Shown: positions 19,068-28,196 of the stretch, piece after piece
Layout: the number at the start of each line of letters is the position of its first letter
How positions within the stretch are numbered: the stretch's first letter is position 1
Origin: Minisyncoccota bacterium
GTDB lineage: Bacteria > Patescibacteriota > Minisyncoccia > Phycocordibacterales > Phycocordibacteraceae
DNA: 64,000 bases
Assembly (NCBI GenBank): GCA_041660025.1
Contig: JBAZXD010000001.1
Location: forward strand, 158,499-222,498
Direction: 5' to 3'
Made by a program: the position numbers and the translations under genes
The notes under the pieces: model-generated
Told to the model about the DNA's origin: nothing
The model's database searches: none
Seen by the model: the letters and a program-made list of their open reading frames with translations, nothing else

Positions 19068-20869
19068 ACCCCGAAGACATCAGAAATTTCAGCATCATTG
19101 CGCACGTCGACCACGGTAAGTCGACGCTTGCCGACCGTATGCTCGAACGCACGGGAACTATCCCCGCGCGTATGATGCGCGACCAGGTGCTCGACCGTAT
19201 GGACCTCGAGCGCGAGCGCGGCATCACAATCAAGATGCAACCGGTGCGGATGCAGTACACCCTCCGCGAACAAGACTACATTCTGAACCTGATCGATACG
19301 CCAGGACATATCGATTTCTCCTACGAAGTTTCGCGCGCGCTCCATGCGGTCGAGGGCGTCCTCCTGCTTGTCGATTCGACGCAGGGCGTGCAGGCACAAA
19401 CGCTGACGACACTCGCCGCCGCGCGCGCCCAAGGCTGCACCATCATCCCCGTCGTTTCGAAAATAGATTCTCCCGCCGCGCGCGTCGAGGAGGTGACGGG
19501 GGAGCTGGCACAACTCTTGCGCGTGCCGCCGGAGGAAGTGCTTGCCGTATCGGGGAGGACGGGCGTCGGCGTCGATGAACTTCTTGAAGCTATTGTGAAG
19601 CGCGTACCCCCGCCGAAGGCTACGGAAAGCACAGAGGAACCGCGCGGACTCGTGTTCGATTTTTCTTATTCAAAGCATCGCGGCGTGGCGGTGTATCTGC
19701 GCGTGTTCGACGGTACGTTTAAGAAAGGGCAGTCGCTTAAGTTCCACGCGGCCGGGAAGGAGTTCATTGCACTCGAAGTGGGCGTCTTCGCGCCCGAAGA
19801 GCGTCCCGCCGACTCGCTTTCAGCAGGCGAGATCGGATATATCGTGACGGGTATCAAGGAGGCGGGGGTCGTCGCGGTCGGCGACACTATCGGCGCGGTC
19901 AGAGGCTCTCTGTCCTCCCTCCCGGGCTACGCGCGGCCGCGCCCGGTCGTCTGGGCCTCGGTGTACCCAGAGAGCCAGGACGACCTTCCTCTGCTCCGAC
20001 AATCGCTTGAACGGCTCAGGCTGTCCGACTCCTCCCTCTCCTTCGAGGAGGAATCGTCGGGCGTGCTCGGCAGGGGATTCCGCTGCGGATTCCTCGGTCT
20101 CCTCCACCTCGAGATCGTCACCGAACGCCTGAAGCGCGAATTCGGCATCTCGCTTATCGTCACGATACCGACCATCTCCTATGTCGTGACGAAGACGAAC
20201 GGCGCGCGTGAGATCATCTATACGCCGGCGAAATTCCCCGAACAAGGCGGCATCGAGAAGATCGAAGAGCCGTGGGCGCGCGTCATAATCATCACGCCGC
20301 CCGACTCGGTCAGCGCGCTCGTGCAGATGCTCTACGAGCATGAAGCGAACACCGTCGGCACCGAGACCTATCATGACGGACGTATCGAGATGACGGTGGA
20401 GATGCCGCTTCGGGAACTTATGCGCGGCTTCTTCGATACGCTCAAGAGCATCTCTTCGGGCTATGCGTCGCTCTCGTATGAAATTCTCTCCGAACGGGAG
20501 GCGGATGTCGTCCGGCTCGACATTCTCGTCGCCGAAGAGCCGGTGCCGGCGTTCGCGCGCGTGGTCGCGCGCCGCCGAGTCCAGGAGGAGGCGGAGAAGA
20601 TGGTGGAGAAACTGCACGGCCTCCTCCCGAAACAGCTTTTCGTCACGAAAATACAGGCGAGGTCGGACGGGCGTATCATCGCTTCGCGGAGCCTCTCGGC
20701 GATGCGCAAGGATGTGACCGGCTACCTCTACGGCGGCGATGTCTCCCGCAAGATGAAATTATTGCAGAAACAGAAGCGTGGTAAGAAGAAGATGCTCGCT
20801 CGCGGTACCGGTAAGGTGAACATTCCCGAGGAGGTGTTTATGAAAATGGTGCAATCCTCCGCTGAATGA
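19064..20869 (+). CDS. lepA: Elongation factor 4 (LepA)
   Basis: It has the G domain (AHVDHGKSTL, DTPGHIDF) and the LepA C-terminal domain. It begins with a GTG start that overlaps the murJ stop. Confidence 0.9.
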   Translation: MNPEDIRNFSIIAHVDHGKSTLADRMLERTGTIPARMMRDQVLDRMDLERERGITIKMQPVRMQYTLREQDYILNLIDTPGHIDFSYEVSRALHAVEGVLLLVDSTQGVQAQTLTTLAAARAQGCTIIPVVSKIDSPAARVEEVTGELAQLLRVPPEEVLAVSGRTGVGVDELLEAIVKRVPPPKATESTEEPRGLVFDFSYSKHRGVAVYLRVFDGTFKKGQSLKFHAAGKEFIALEVGVFAPEERPADSLSAGEIGYIVTGIKEAGVVAVGDTIGAVRGSLSSLPGYARPRPVVWASVYPESQDDLPLLRQSLERLRLSDSSLSFEEESSGVLGRGFRCGFLGLLHLEIVTERLKREFGISLIVTIPTISYVVTKTNGAREIIYTPAKFPEQGGIEKIEEPWARVIIITPPDSVSALVQMLYEHEANTVGTETYHDGRIEMTVEMPLRELMRGFFDTLKSISSGYASLSYEILSEREADVVRLDILVAEEPVPAFARVVARRRVQEEAEKMVEKLHGLLPKQLFVTKIQARSDGRIIASRSLSAMRKDVTGYLYGGDVSRKMKLLQKQKRGKKKMLARGTGKVNIPEEVFMKMVQSSAE

Positions 20870-20888
20870 TTTATCGTATACTGTCCCT

Positions 20889-21227
20889 ATGCGCGCGAAA
20901 CAGTGGCGACAAGGCCTCCTTATCGGTGTCCTCTTGCTGATCGGCTTCTGGCTCGTGTCGCTCATCTGGGGGCTCGCCGGCAAGGCGCATATAGCGGTGT
21001 CCGAGGCGTACGAGGCGAAGCGGCAGTATCAGACGCTCGAAGAGCGTAAGGTGACGCTTGAGGCGAATCTTGCCGCGCTCGCCACGGAACGGGGTAAGGA
21101 TGCCGCCATTCGGACGGCCTTCGGGGTTGCGCGGCCGGGAGAAGAGGTTATCGTGGTGGTGCCGCCGGCGACAGCGACCTCGACTGAGGCGCCGTCGTGG
21201 TGGCGGAAAGTGTTGAGCTGGTTCTGA
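20889..21227 (+). CDS. FtsB/DivIC-like septum formation initiator (TM plus coiled coil)
   Basis: A single TM helix is followed by a coiled-coil segment (EAYEAKRQYQTLEERKVTLEANLAAL). Confidence 0.5.
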   Translation: MRAKQWRQGLLIGVLLLIGFWLVSLIWGLAGKAHIAVSEAYEAKRQYQTLEERKVTLEANLAALATERGKDAAIRTAFGVARPGEEVIVVVPPATATSTEAPSWWRKVLSWF

Positions 21228-21232
21228 GCAAT

Positions 21233-21306
21233 GCGGAATTGGTTTAGTGGTAGAACAGTTGCTTCCCAAGCAACGGGCGGGAGTTCGATTCTCCCATTCC
21301 GCACCA
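21233..21306 (+). tRNA. tRNA-Gly (anticodon CCC), CCA encoded
   Basis: Cloverleaf derived by hand: acceptor GCGGAAU/AUUCCGC, anticodon loop UUCCCAA, and T-loop TTCGATT. Confidence 0.85.
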
Positions 21307-21358
21307 AATATTTCTGTGGATAAGAATACGTGCTATACTCAGCGTATAACACACATAT

Positions 21359-21601
21359 ATGGATAAAACCGTCACTATTTACAGCACGCCGACCTGCCAC
21401 TTCTGCCAGATGACCAAGGATTTTCTTAAGGAAAAGGGTATCGTCTATACCGAACACGATGTCGCGCATGACCTCGAGAAGCGCCAAGAAATGATTCAGA
21501 AATCCGGTCAGATGGGCGTGCCGGTCATATTCGTCGGCGACGAGATGATCATCGGTTTCGACAAGGAAAGGCTCGTGTCTTCTCTTGGCATAACCGCGTA
21601 A
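21359..21601 (+). CDS. Glutaredoxin-like protein (NrdH/Grx family)
   Basis: It is 80 aa, carries the CxxC motif (TCHFC) near the N-terminus, and has the VPVIFVGDEMIIGF thioredoxin-fold signature. Confidence 0.75.
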   Translation: MDKTVTIYSTPTCHFCQMTKDFLKEKGIVYTEHDVAHDLEKRQEMIQKSGQMGVPVIFVGDEMIIGFDKERLVSSLGITA

Positions 21602-21639
21602 CTGTTCGGCCGCCTTATCTTCGCAGACTCGATATGCGG

Positions 21640-21693
21640 GCTCGTTCGGAGAGAAAGAATGATTGAGGACACTCACTCTTTCTTCCTCACTTC
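21640..21693 (+). repeat. Conserved ~55-nt tRNA-upstream element, copy 1 (abuts the tRNA-Arg 5' end)
   Basis: The sequence ctcgttcggagagaaagaatgattgaggacactcactctttcttcctcacttcg is nearly identical to the reverse complement of 63700-63757. Confidence 0.5.
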
Positions 21694-21765
21694 GCCCTTA
21701 TAGTTCAATGGATAGAACAGCCCCGTCCTAAGGGGTAGATGCTGGTTCGATTCCGGCTAAGGGCA
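21694..21765 (+). tRNA. tRNA-Arg (anticodon CCU)
   Basis: Cloverleaf: acceptor GCCCUUA/UAAGGGC, anticodon loop GUCCUAA, and T-loop TTCGATT. Confidence 0.85.
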
Positions 21766-21787
21766 CATCCTGGTATACTGAAAGCAT

Positions 21788-22072
21788 ATGGACCCGGAAC
21801 TGAAACGAGAGCTTGAAGAGATACACGCGCTCGCGAAAGATAACCATCGTATGCTCAGCGCCATCCGGCGCCACCAGTGGTACAGCTTTCTGACGACTAT
21901 TGTGTTCTGGATCGTCATACTCGCTACGCCGTTCTATCTCTATCAGCAATATCTACAGCCGCTCGTTGAGAAGTTCTCCGTGACCCCCGGTGAGACCACC
22001 GCAGGCTTCCTCGGCCTCCCGACTTCCGCTGATATGCAAAAGCTGATAAACTCGTTCAAAGCGGGACAATAG
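21788..22072 (+). CDS. Small hypothetical membrane protein (94 aa)
   Basis: An ORF with one or two TM helices lies between two tRNA genes. Confidence 0.45.
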   Translation: MDPELKRELEEIHALAKDNHRMLSAIRRHQWYSFLTTIVFWIVILATPFYLYQQYLQPLVEKFSVTPGETTAGFLGLPTSADMQKLINSFKAGQ

Positions 22073-22089
22073 AGTCCCGTGAAAGGCTT

Positions 22090-22162
22090 GCCTGGATAGC
22101 TCAGTTGGTAGAGCACTTCCCTGAAGAGGAAGGGGTCCCCAGTTCGACCCTGGGTCCAGGCA
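22090..22162 (+). tRNA. tRNA-Phe (anticodon GAA)
   Basis: Cloverleaf: acceptor GCCUGGA/UCCAGGC, anticodon loop CUGAAGA, and T-loop TTCGACC. Confidence 0.85.
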
Positions 22163-22167
22163 CCGAT

Positions 22168-23253
22168 ATGGTACAAACGTTCTTTTATTGGGTGCACCGA
22201 TATGAGCGGCATCTCTCCGCGTTCGCGATGGTTGCCGGCTTCATCGTCGACACACTATTCTTCGAGCGCATCGACCTGTGGCAGACGCAGGCGGTCTTCG
22301 CTTCGTATGCGGCGGTTTGCTTCGTCACGATACCGCTCCTGCACTTTATCGAGTCGCGCGCCGTTGCTGGTGTCGAGCGGCCGCGTTGGCATGCTCTGCT
22401 CCCCATCGCGACGCAGTTCGCGCTCGGCGGGTTCTGGAGCGGCTTCGTTATCTTCTACGGGCGCTCGGCGGTCCTTGGCGCGTCGTGGCCGTTCCTCCTC
22501 CTGCTCGTGCTGGTGTTCCTCGGCGGCGAATATTTCCACCGGTACCACGCCCGGCTCGTGTTCACGAGCGTGCTATTCTTCTTCGCGCTCTACTCGTACG
22601 CGATCTTCGCCGTGCCGGTCTATACCGGCACCATCGGGACGCTTACCTTCCTCGGGAGCGGTGTGCTAGCAATCGGTGTATTCGCGCTATTCACGTCCCT
22701 GCTTCGGCTCCTCGCGCACGAGCGTTTCCGCTCTGATGTATGGAGAATCCGCGCCGGAGCCTTCGGCGTGCTCATCCTTATCAATGGTTCCTACTTCACC
22801 AACATCCTGCCACCGCTCCCACTCTCGGCCGAGGCGGCGGGCGTATACCACTCAGTATGGCGCGTCCCGGGCGCATATCTAGCGACGAGCGAGCCGAGGC
22901 CGTGGCAGGTGCGGTATCTCGGCCTCTCACCGACACTACATCTCGCTCTTGGCGACTCACTCTTCGCCTACAGTTCTATCTTCGCGCCAACGACGCTCAG
23001 GACGACCATCGTGCACCGTTGGCAGTGGTACGACCCGGTACAGAAACAATGGGTAACGAGAGCGACAGTCGCGTACCCGATCCTCGGAGGCCGCGACGGC
23101 GGGTATCGCGGCTATTCGTCAGTGACGATAGCGGAAGTGGGGGAGTGGCGCGTGAGTATCGAGACTTCCGACGGCCGCCACATCGCGCGTTTGCCGTTCA
23201 CGGTCGTAGCGACCGCGCAGTCGCCTACGACAACAATACTTACGCTCCAATAG
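22168..23253 (+). CDS. Hypothetical polytopic membrane protein with a C-terminal extracytoplasmic domain
   Basis: The start was set at the ATG just after the tRNA, because the listed ORF begins inside the tRNA. It has several TM helices followed by a ~130-aa soluble C-terminal domain. Confidence 0.55.
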   Translation: MVQTFFYWVHRYERHLSAFAMVAGFIVDTLFFERIDLWQTQAVFASYAAVCFVTIPLLHFIESRAVAGVERPRWHALLPIATQFALGGFWSGFVIFYGRSAVLGASWPFLLLLVLVFLGGEYFHRYHARLVFTSVLFFFALYSYAIFAVPVYTGTIGTLTFLGSGVLAIGVFALFTSLLRLLAHERFRSDVWRIRAGAFGVLILINGSYFTNILPPLPLSAEAAGVYHSVWRVPGAYLATSEPRPWQVRYLGLSPTLHLALGDSLFAYSSIFAPTTLRTTIVHRWQWYDPVQKQWVTRATVAYPILGGRDGGYRGYSSVTIAEVGEWRVSIETSDGRHIARLPFTVVATAQSPTTTILTLQ

Positions 23254-23260
23254 GAATAGG

Positions 23261-23770
23261 TTAGCCCACCTTGACGCGCAGTTTCGTCTGCTTCGCCTTA
23301 TCGAGCTTGGGGAGAATGAGGGTCAGGAGGCCGTCCTTTGCGCTTGCGGAGGATGCTTCAACGTCGACCTCTTGCGGGAGCATAATCGCACGAGAAAACG
23401 AGCCCCAGAAGAGCTCACGGGAGAAATAATCGGGGCCGGAGACCTGTTCGCGCTCCATACGCGACCCCTCGATCTCGACGCGGTCGCGGCTTATAGAAAT
23501 ACTGAGTTCGTCGGGGCGCACACCAGCGACGAAGGCACGGATGATGATATCGCTCGCCGTCTGGTGCACATCAACAGGAAGCTGGCCCTCGTTCCCGGAC
23601 GGTTCGTCGTCGGATGTCGCCGCGCGCGCGGAAGTCCCGCTCGCGCGCGAGCCTTTCTCCTTATGCACCGATGTCGGCGCGACAGGCGCCTCATCCTCAT
23701 CGAAAGAATCAAAGGTGTCAGCCGAGGTGCTGCCGGACAGACGTTCAAAAAACGAGCGTTTCATATTCAT
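23261..23770 (-). CDS. Hsp20/alpha-crystallin family small heat-shock protein
   Basis: It has an alpha-crystallin domain signature (DIIIRAFVAGV...LLTLILPK). Confidence 0.85.
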   Translation of the reverse strand: MNMKRSFFERLSGSTSADTFDSFDEDEAPVAPTSVHKEKGSRASGTSARAATSDDEPSGNEGQLPVDVHQTASDIIIRAFVAGVRPDELSISISRDRVEIEGSRMEREQVSGPDYFSRELFWGSFSRAIMLPQEVDVEASSASAKDGLLTLILPKLDKAKQTKLRVKVG

Positions 23771-24477
23771 AGTGAGTAAGTATTGTTAGGGAGCTTATGG
23801 TACTGGAAATATTTTAGTACTTCGAACGTCGCGAAAAAGATGACGACGACCATCCAGATGAGGAAGAACGCGGCAAGTGCGGTTGAAGCACTTTCATTCA
23901 TAATAAGCGTGTTGAACGCAGTGTGCAATGCTATGGCGAGGATAAGTCCGAGCGCGGCGGCGGCAGTGCGTCCGGCCGCGCGATATCCTGTCGAGAATGC
24001 GAGCGCGAAACCGATCGTCGCGGAGGCGACCACATGAAGCAGGGTAGAACCGAGGAATCGCATATTGCCGGTAAAGAGGCTATTTGCGAGATTTCCTTCC
24101 GAGAGTGGCGCAAGCAAGAAAAGCATATTTTCCGCGGCGGCGAAGCCGAGCGCCACTGTGATCATATAGATGACGTAGTCGGGAGCCTCATCGATAGCCC
24201 CGCGCCAGAGGATGAATATGGCCGCCATTGCGTACTTAAGCAACTCCTCAATGAGCGCCCACGCGGTCAGAATCGACGCTTGGTCGGCGAAATGCACTTT
24301 CACGTACTGCTCGAGCGGAAGCGCAAGCGGGACCGCCAGCATACCGGCGACGAATGCGAGCGCGATGAGTCGTTTCGGTTCCGGATGACGGGCGTCCTCC
24401 TTCAGGAGGAAATAGAGCCAGATGAACGAGGGTAAGAGTCCGCCAAGAAACGCGTAGCCGAGCGTAGTAGAGGTCAC
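23767..24477 (-). CDS. PrsW-family intramembrane protease (putative)
   Basis: It has ~7 TM segments and motifs resembling PrsW: EELLKY, GFAAAENMLF, and HVVASATIG...HTAFN. Confidence 0.6.
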   Translation of the reverse strand: MTSTTLGYAFLGGLLPSFIWLYFLLKEDARHPEPKRLIALAFVAGMLAVPLALPLEQYVKVHFADQASILTAWALIEELLKYAMAAIFILWRGAIDEAPDYVIYMITVALGFAAAENMLFLLAPLSEGNLANSLFTGNMRFLGSTLLHVVASATIGFALAFSTGYRAAGRTAAAALGLILAIALHTAFNTLIMNESASTALAAFFLIWMVVVIFFATFEVLKYFQYHKLPNNTYSL

Positions 24478-24481
24478 CTGT

Positions 24482-26644
24482 TTATTCTAGCGCACTCTTG
24501 ATAGGCCATTTCGCGACCATCAGGAACTTCGAATCTTTGGTCGGCATCGACTGATAGATCTCCTCGGTAATAAACGGCATAAAAGGATGGAGGAGTCGAA
24601 GTGTGCGATCGAGGAGCGTAATGAGAAGTGCTTGCCGCGATGCTTTCGCCACTGCATCGCTCCCTGAGAGAATCGATTTAGACTCCTCGAGAACCTTATC
24701 CGCGAGCTCGTGCCAGGCATAGTGGTATATCTTGTCCGCCGCCATATAAACGCGGAACTCTTCGATATCGCGCGTGATGTCAGCAGACATCGTGTCGCAG
24801 GCGGACAGTATTTCGGCGTCGCCTGTCGTAAGCGGGGCAACAGGGTCAGTATCTTTTGCATTATCGAGCACGAAGCGCGCGATGTTCCAGAGCTTGTTTG
24901 CGAAATGCTTATAGCCCTTTATCTTATCCTCGCTCATACGCATATCGGTCCCGGGCGTGTTGCCGACGACGAGCGCCATCCGCGCTGCGTCCGCGCCGAA
25001 CTTTGCCGTGATATCAAGCGGGTCGAGATTATTCCCGAGCGACTTGCTCATCTTCCTTCCAGATGCATCGCGCACAAGGCCGTGGAGATAGACGGTCTTG
25101 AACGGTATCGTGCCGAGCGCAAATTCGGTCATCAGTATCATCCGCGCTATCCAGAAGAAAAGGATGTCGTATCCGGTCTCAAGCAGGTCGGTCGGATGGT
25201 AGGTCTTAAAGTCTGCCGTCTCGTCGGGCCAGCCGAGCGTGGAGAAGGTCCAGAGACCGGACGAGAACCAAGTATCGAGTGTGTCCTCGTCCTGCGTCCA
25301 TCCCGCTCCCGTCGGCGCTTCGCCGACGGCTATCTCCTCGCCCTTATACCAGACCGGGATGCGGTGGCCGTACCAGATCTGCCGGCTGATGCACCAGTCG
25401 CGCAGGTTCTCTATCCAGTGGAAGTAGGTCTTCTCAAAATGTTCGGGAATTATTTTTATCTGCCCCGAACGCACCGGTTCAAGCATAAGCTCTTTGAGCG
25501 TCTTCCCGCGGCCGGGGACTTCTTTTTCTACTTCAATCCACCACTGCAATTTCGGCAATGGTTCAATGATGCCGCCGGTACGCTCGGCTGTGGCAACGTT
25601 CTGCTTAGTATCCTCTTCCTTCTCGAGCAAGCCTTCGCTCTTAAGCCACTCCACAACTGTCTCGCGCGCCTCCGTAGTTTTCTTTCCGTGAAGTCGTCCC
25701 TCCACCGTCATCTTCGCTATTTCGTTGATGACGATAACTTCGTGCGAGAGCATATGCCGATCGGCGATGTCCCAGTCGGTCTGACTGTGTGCGGGAGTGA
25801 GGCCGACGGCGCCCGTGCCGAATGCCGGGTCCACTTCCTTGTCTGCGACGACCTTTATATGTATCGGTACATCACAAAAGACCGCATCGTATTCTTTACC
25901 GACGAATTCTTTGTAGCGCGCATCATCCGGATGCACCGCGACGCCGACATCACCCACCTTGGTCTCGGGGCGTGTGGTGGCAACGGGGATGGGGAAGTCC
26001 TTTGAATAACGGAACGTGTAGAGTTTCGCCGCGCGCTCCTCATACACGATTTCATCGTCAGAAATTGTCGTTTGACCCCTCGGATCCCAGTTGACGATAC
26101 GGTGGCCGCGATAGATGAGGCCGGCGTCGTACATCTGCTTGAAGACCGTGCGTACGGCGCGACTGCGTGTTTCATCGAGCGTGAACGCCTCGCGCGACCA
26201 ATCAAGCGACGCGCCCATCGTCTTCAGCTGACTCACGATGGTGTCGTGGCTCTCCATCGCGAACGTCTCAATGCGTTTTAGCAATTCTTCGCGTCCGAGG
26301 TCGTGACGGTTAAGCCCTTCATCCTTCTTAATCTGCTTCTCGACGACCGATTGCGTGGCGATAGCGGCATGGTCGGTACCGGGTACCCAGAGCGTACGGA
26401 AGCCGCGCATACGCTTGTAGCGGATGAAGATGTCCTCAACGGCGAGCATCAGCGCGTGGCCCATATGAAGGCGGCCGGTGACATTCGGCGGCGGGAGCAC
26501 GACGGAGTACGCGGGCGCGTCCGTTCCCGTTACCCCCTGCCTGATGCATTCGTCGGGATTAAAAAGGCCGCTCTTTTCCCACTCGGCATAGATACGCGAT
26601 TCGGTCGCCGACGAATCGTAAGGCTTCAGGAATTTCTCGTCCAT
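24482..26644 (-). CDS. valS: Valyl-tRNA synthetase (short form)
   Basis: It has the class I HIGH-type motif PPNVTGRLHMGHA, plus TRPET, WCISRQ and KMSKS. At 720 aa it lacks the usual C-terminal coiled-coil extension. Confidence 0.9.
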   Translation of the reverse strand: MDEKFLKPYDSSATESRIYAEWEKSGLFNPDECIRQGVTGTDAPAYSVVLPPPNVTGRLHMGHALMLAVEDIFIRYKRMRGFRTLWVPGTDHAAIATQSVVEKQIKKDEGLNRHDLGREELLKRIETFAMESHDTIVSQLKTMGASLDWSREAFTLDETRSRAVRTVFKQMYDAGLIYRGHRIVNWDPRGQTTISDDEIVYEERAAKLYTFRYSKDFPIPVATTRPETKVGDVGVAVHPDDARYKEFVGKEYDAVFCDVPIHIKVVADKEVDPAFGTGAVGLTPAHSQTDWDIADRHMLSHEVIVINEIAKMTVEGRLHGKKTTEARETVVEWLKSEGLLEKEEDTKQNVATAERTGGIIEPLPKLQWWIEVEKEVPGRGKTLKELMLEPVRSGQIKIIPEHFEKTYFHWIENLRDWCISRQIWYGHRIPVWYKGEEIAVGEAPTGAGWTQDEDTLDTWFSSGLWTFSTLGWPDETADFKTYHPTDLLETGYDILFFWIARMILMTEFALGTIPFKTVYLHGLVRDASGRKMSKSLGNNLDPLDITAKFGADAARMALVVGNTPGTDMRMSEDKIKGYKHFANKLWNIARFVLDNAKDTDPVAPLTTGDAEILSACDTMSADITRDIEEFRVYMAADKIYHYAWHELADKVLEESKSILSGSDAVAKASRQALLITLLDRTLRLLHPFMPFITEEIYQSMPTKDSKFLMVAKWPIKSALE

Positions 26645-26750
26645 TGCCTAAAATATAGCAAATACGCAAGAAAATGCGCGTACGCTTGCTTTTATAATTA
26701 TATAGTGTACAACTGTATCTGGAATTACTCAATCTGAAAGAGGGGGGTAT

Positions 26751-26975
26751 ATGGTGTACACCGAAGGGCGCCTTAAGAAGTTTGACCATCACTACATCAT
26801 CACGTTGCCGAACGGGAAGAGGATTCAGGTTCCCCACAGGGATGTGAGGGAAAAGGGAAACGGGGAACTGGTGCTCGCCGCAGACGCAACGATCGAGGAA
26901 GAGCTCGAAACTGTCGTCTCGGCCAAGCCTGTGACGGTGTTGATCCCACAGCAGGTGGTGGACAGGCTGAAGTAG
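26751..26975 (+). CDS. Small hypothetical protein (74 aa)
   Basis: A G-rich SD (GAGGGGGG) sits 5 nt upstream of the ATG. An AT-rich promoter-like region lies upstream and a terminator hairpin downstream. Confidence 0.45.
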   Translation: MVYTEGRLKKFDHHYIITLPNGKRIQVPHRDVREKGNGELVLAADATIEEELETVVSAKPVTVLIPQQVVDRLK

Positions 26976-26984
26976 TGTAGCAAG

Positions 26985-27015
26985 CAGGGCAACGGGGACG
27001 CGAAAGCGCCCCTGT
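26985..27015. terminator. Hairpin plus T-tract between the small ORF and convergent tsaD
   Basis: The hairpin caggg...ggggacgcgaaagcgcccctg is followed by TTTTTATTT. Confidence 0.4.
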
Positions 27016-27017
27016 TT

Positions 27018-28196
27018 TTATTTAGAAACAAGTGAGAGATTTCCGTTTGCGCGGAAGTCGGTCGCGATTTCCTCGCGACACGCGCGGTAGAAGCCGGCGA
27101 GAGCGATCATAATAGCGTTGTCGGTGGTCAGCGCGGCAGTGGGGATACGGAGCGCTATTTCCGGATACTCTTCTTTCATTTTCTTCGTGAAGACGCGGCG
27201 AATGTGCGTGTTAGCGGAGACGCCGCCGCCGATGACGAGCGTCTGCGAGCTGGTCTCTTCGATCGCTCGCGCAGTCTTCTTCCACAGCACATCTGCGACG
27301 GCGTTCTCAAATTCGTGCGCTAGATGTTTCTTCTCCTCCCCGCTCAATTCGGGCCGACCTTTCAATAGATAGAGCACCGCGGTCTTTAGTCCGGCAAACG
27401 AGAAGTCGCAGGTCGCGTCATTAATCATCGGCCGTGGCAACACGAACTTGGAGGTTGAACCTCCAAGTTCACGCACCTCTTCGGCGAGGCGCGATATCTC
27501 GGGGCCGCCCGGATAGGGGAGCTCGAGCATACGCGCGACCTTGTCGAACGCTTCGCCCACCGCGTCGTCGCGCGTCTGTCCGATGAGCTTGTACGCGAGC
27601 CACCCCTTCATCAGTACGAGCTCGGTATGTCCGCCGGAGATAAGGAGCGCGAGTACCGGCATCCGGACGGAATCGATGGCGAGTGCTCCGTCCTCCTCGC
27701 GCGCGAGTGCGGAGAGAATATGTCCCTCCATATGATTGACTGCGACGAGCGGTTTCCCCCAGAGGAGTGCGAGTGCCTTGGCGAAGTTGATGCCGACCCA
27801 GAGCGCGGGTTCAAGGCCGGGCCCCGCCGTGACCGCTATTGCGTCTATTGCGGGCGGCTCGCACTCGGAAACGAATTCAAAAAACTGTTCGGCGAGGCCG
27901 GGCTCGCGCGCCAAGATTTCAGAAATTGTGGCACGCGTCTCCTCCGGTATCGCCTGGGTATCCTCGTGCAGGAGTTCCGCTTCTTCGAGCGCCGCCTCCA
28001 AAATAGGAACGAGATTCTTCGCGTGCTCGCGCTTTGCGAGCGCAGGGAAGACGCCGCCGTATTCGCGGTGGATATCTATCTGCGAGAGGAGCGTGTTCCC
28101 GAGCACCGTGAATGCGGCGCTATCCTCGTCACCAGTGCACTCAAGAATCGCTATCGCAGTCTCGTCGCAGGAGGTCTCAATTGCCAGGATTTTCAT
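27018..28196 (-). CDS. tsaD: tRNA N6-adenosine threonylcarbamoyltransferase TsaD (Kae1/Gcp family)
   Basis: The N-terminus is canonical (MKILAIETSCDETAIAI) and the metal-binding HxxxH region is present. The start was set at the internal Met, and that start overlaps the nrnA stop. Confidence 0.85.
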   Translation of the reverse strand: MKILAIETSCDETAIAILECTGDEDSAAFTVLGNTLLSQIDIHREYGGVFPALAKREHAKNLVPILEAALEEAELLHEDTQAIPEETRATISEILAREPGLAEQFFEFVSECEPPAIDAIAVTAGPGLEPALWVGINFAKALALLWGKPLVAVNHMEGHILSALAREEDGALAIDSVRMPVLALLISGGHTELVLMKGWLAYKLIGQTRDDAVGEAFDKVARMLELPYPGGPEISRLAEEVRELGGSTSKFVLPRPMINDATCDFSFAGLKTAVLYLLKGRPELSGEEKKHLAHEFENAVADVLWKKTARAIEETSSQTLVIGGGVSANTHIRRVFTKKMKEEYPEIALRIPTAALTTDNAIMIALAGFYRACREEIATDFRANGNLSLVSK

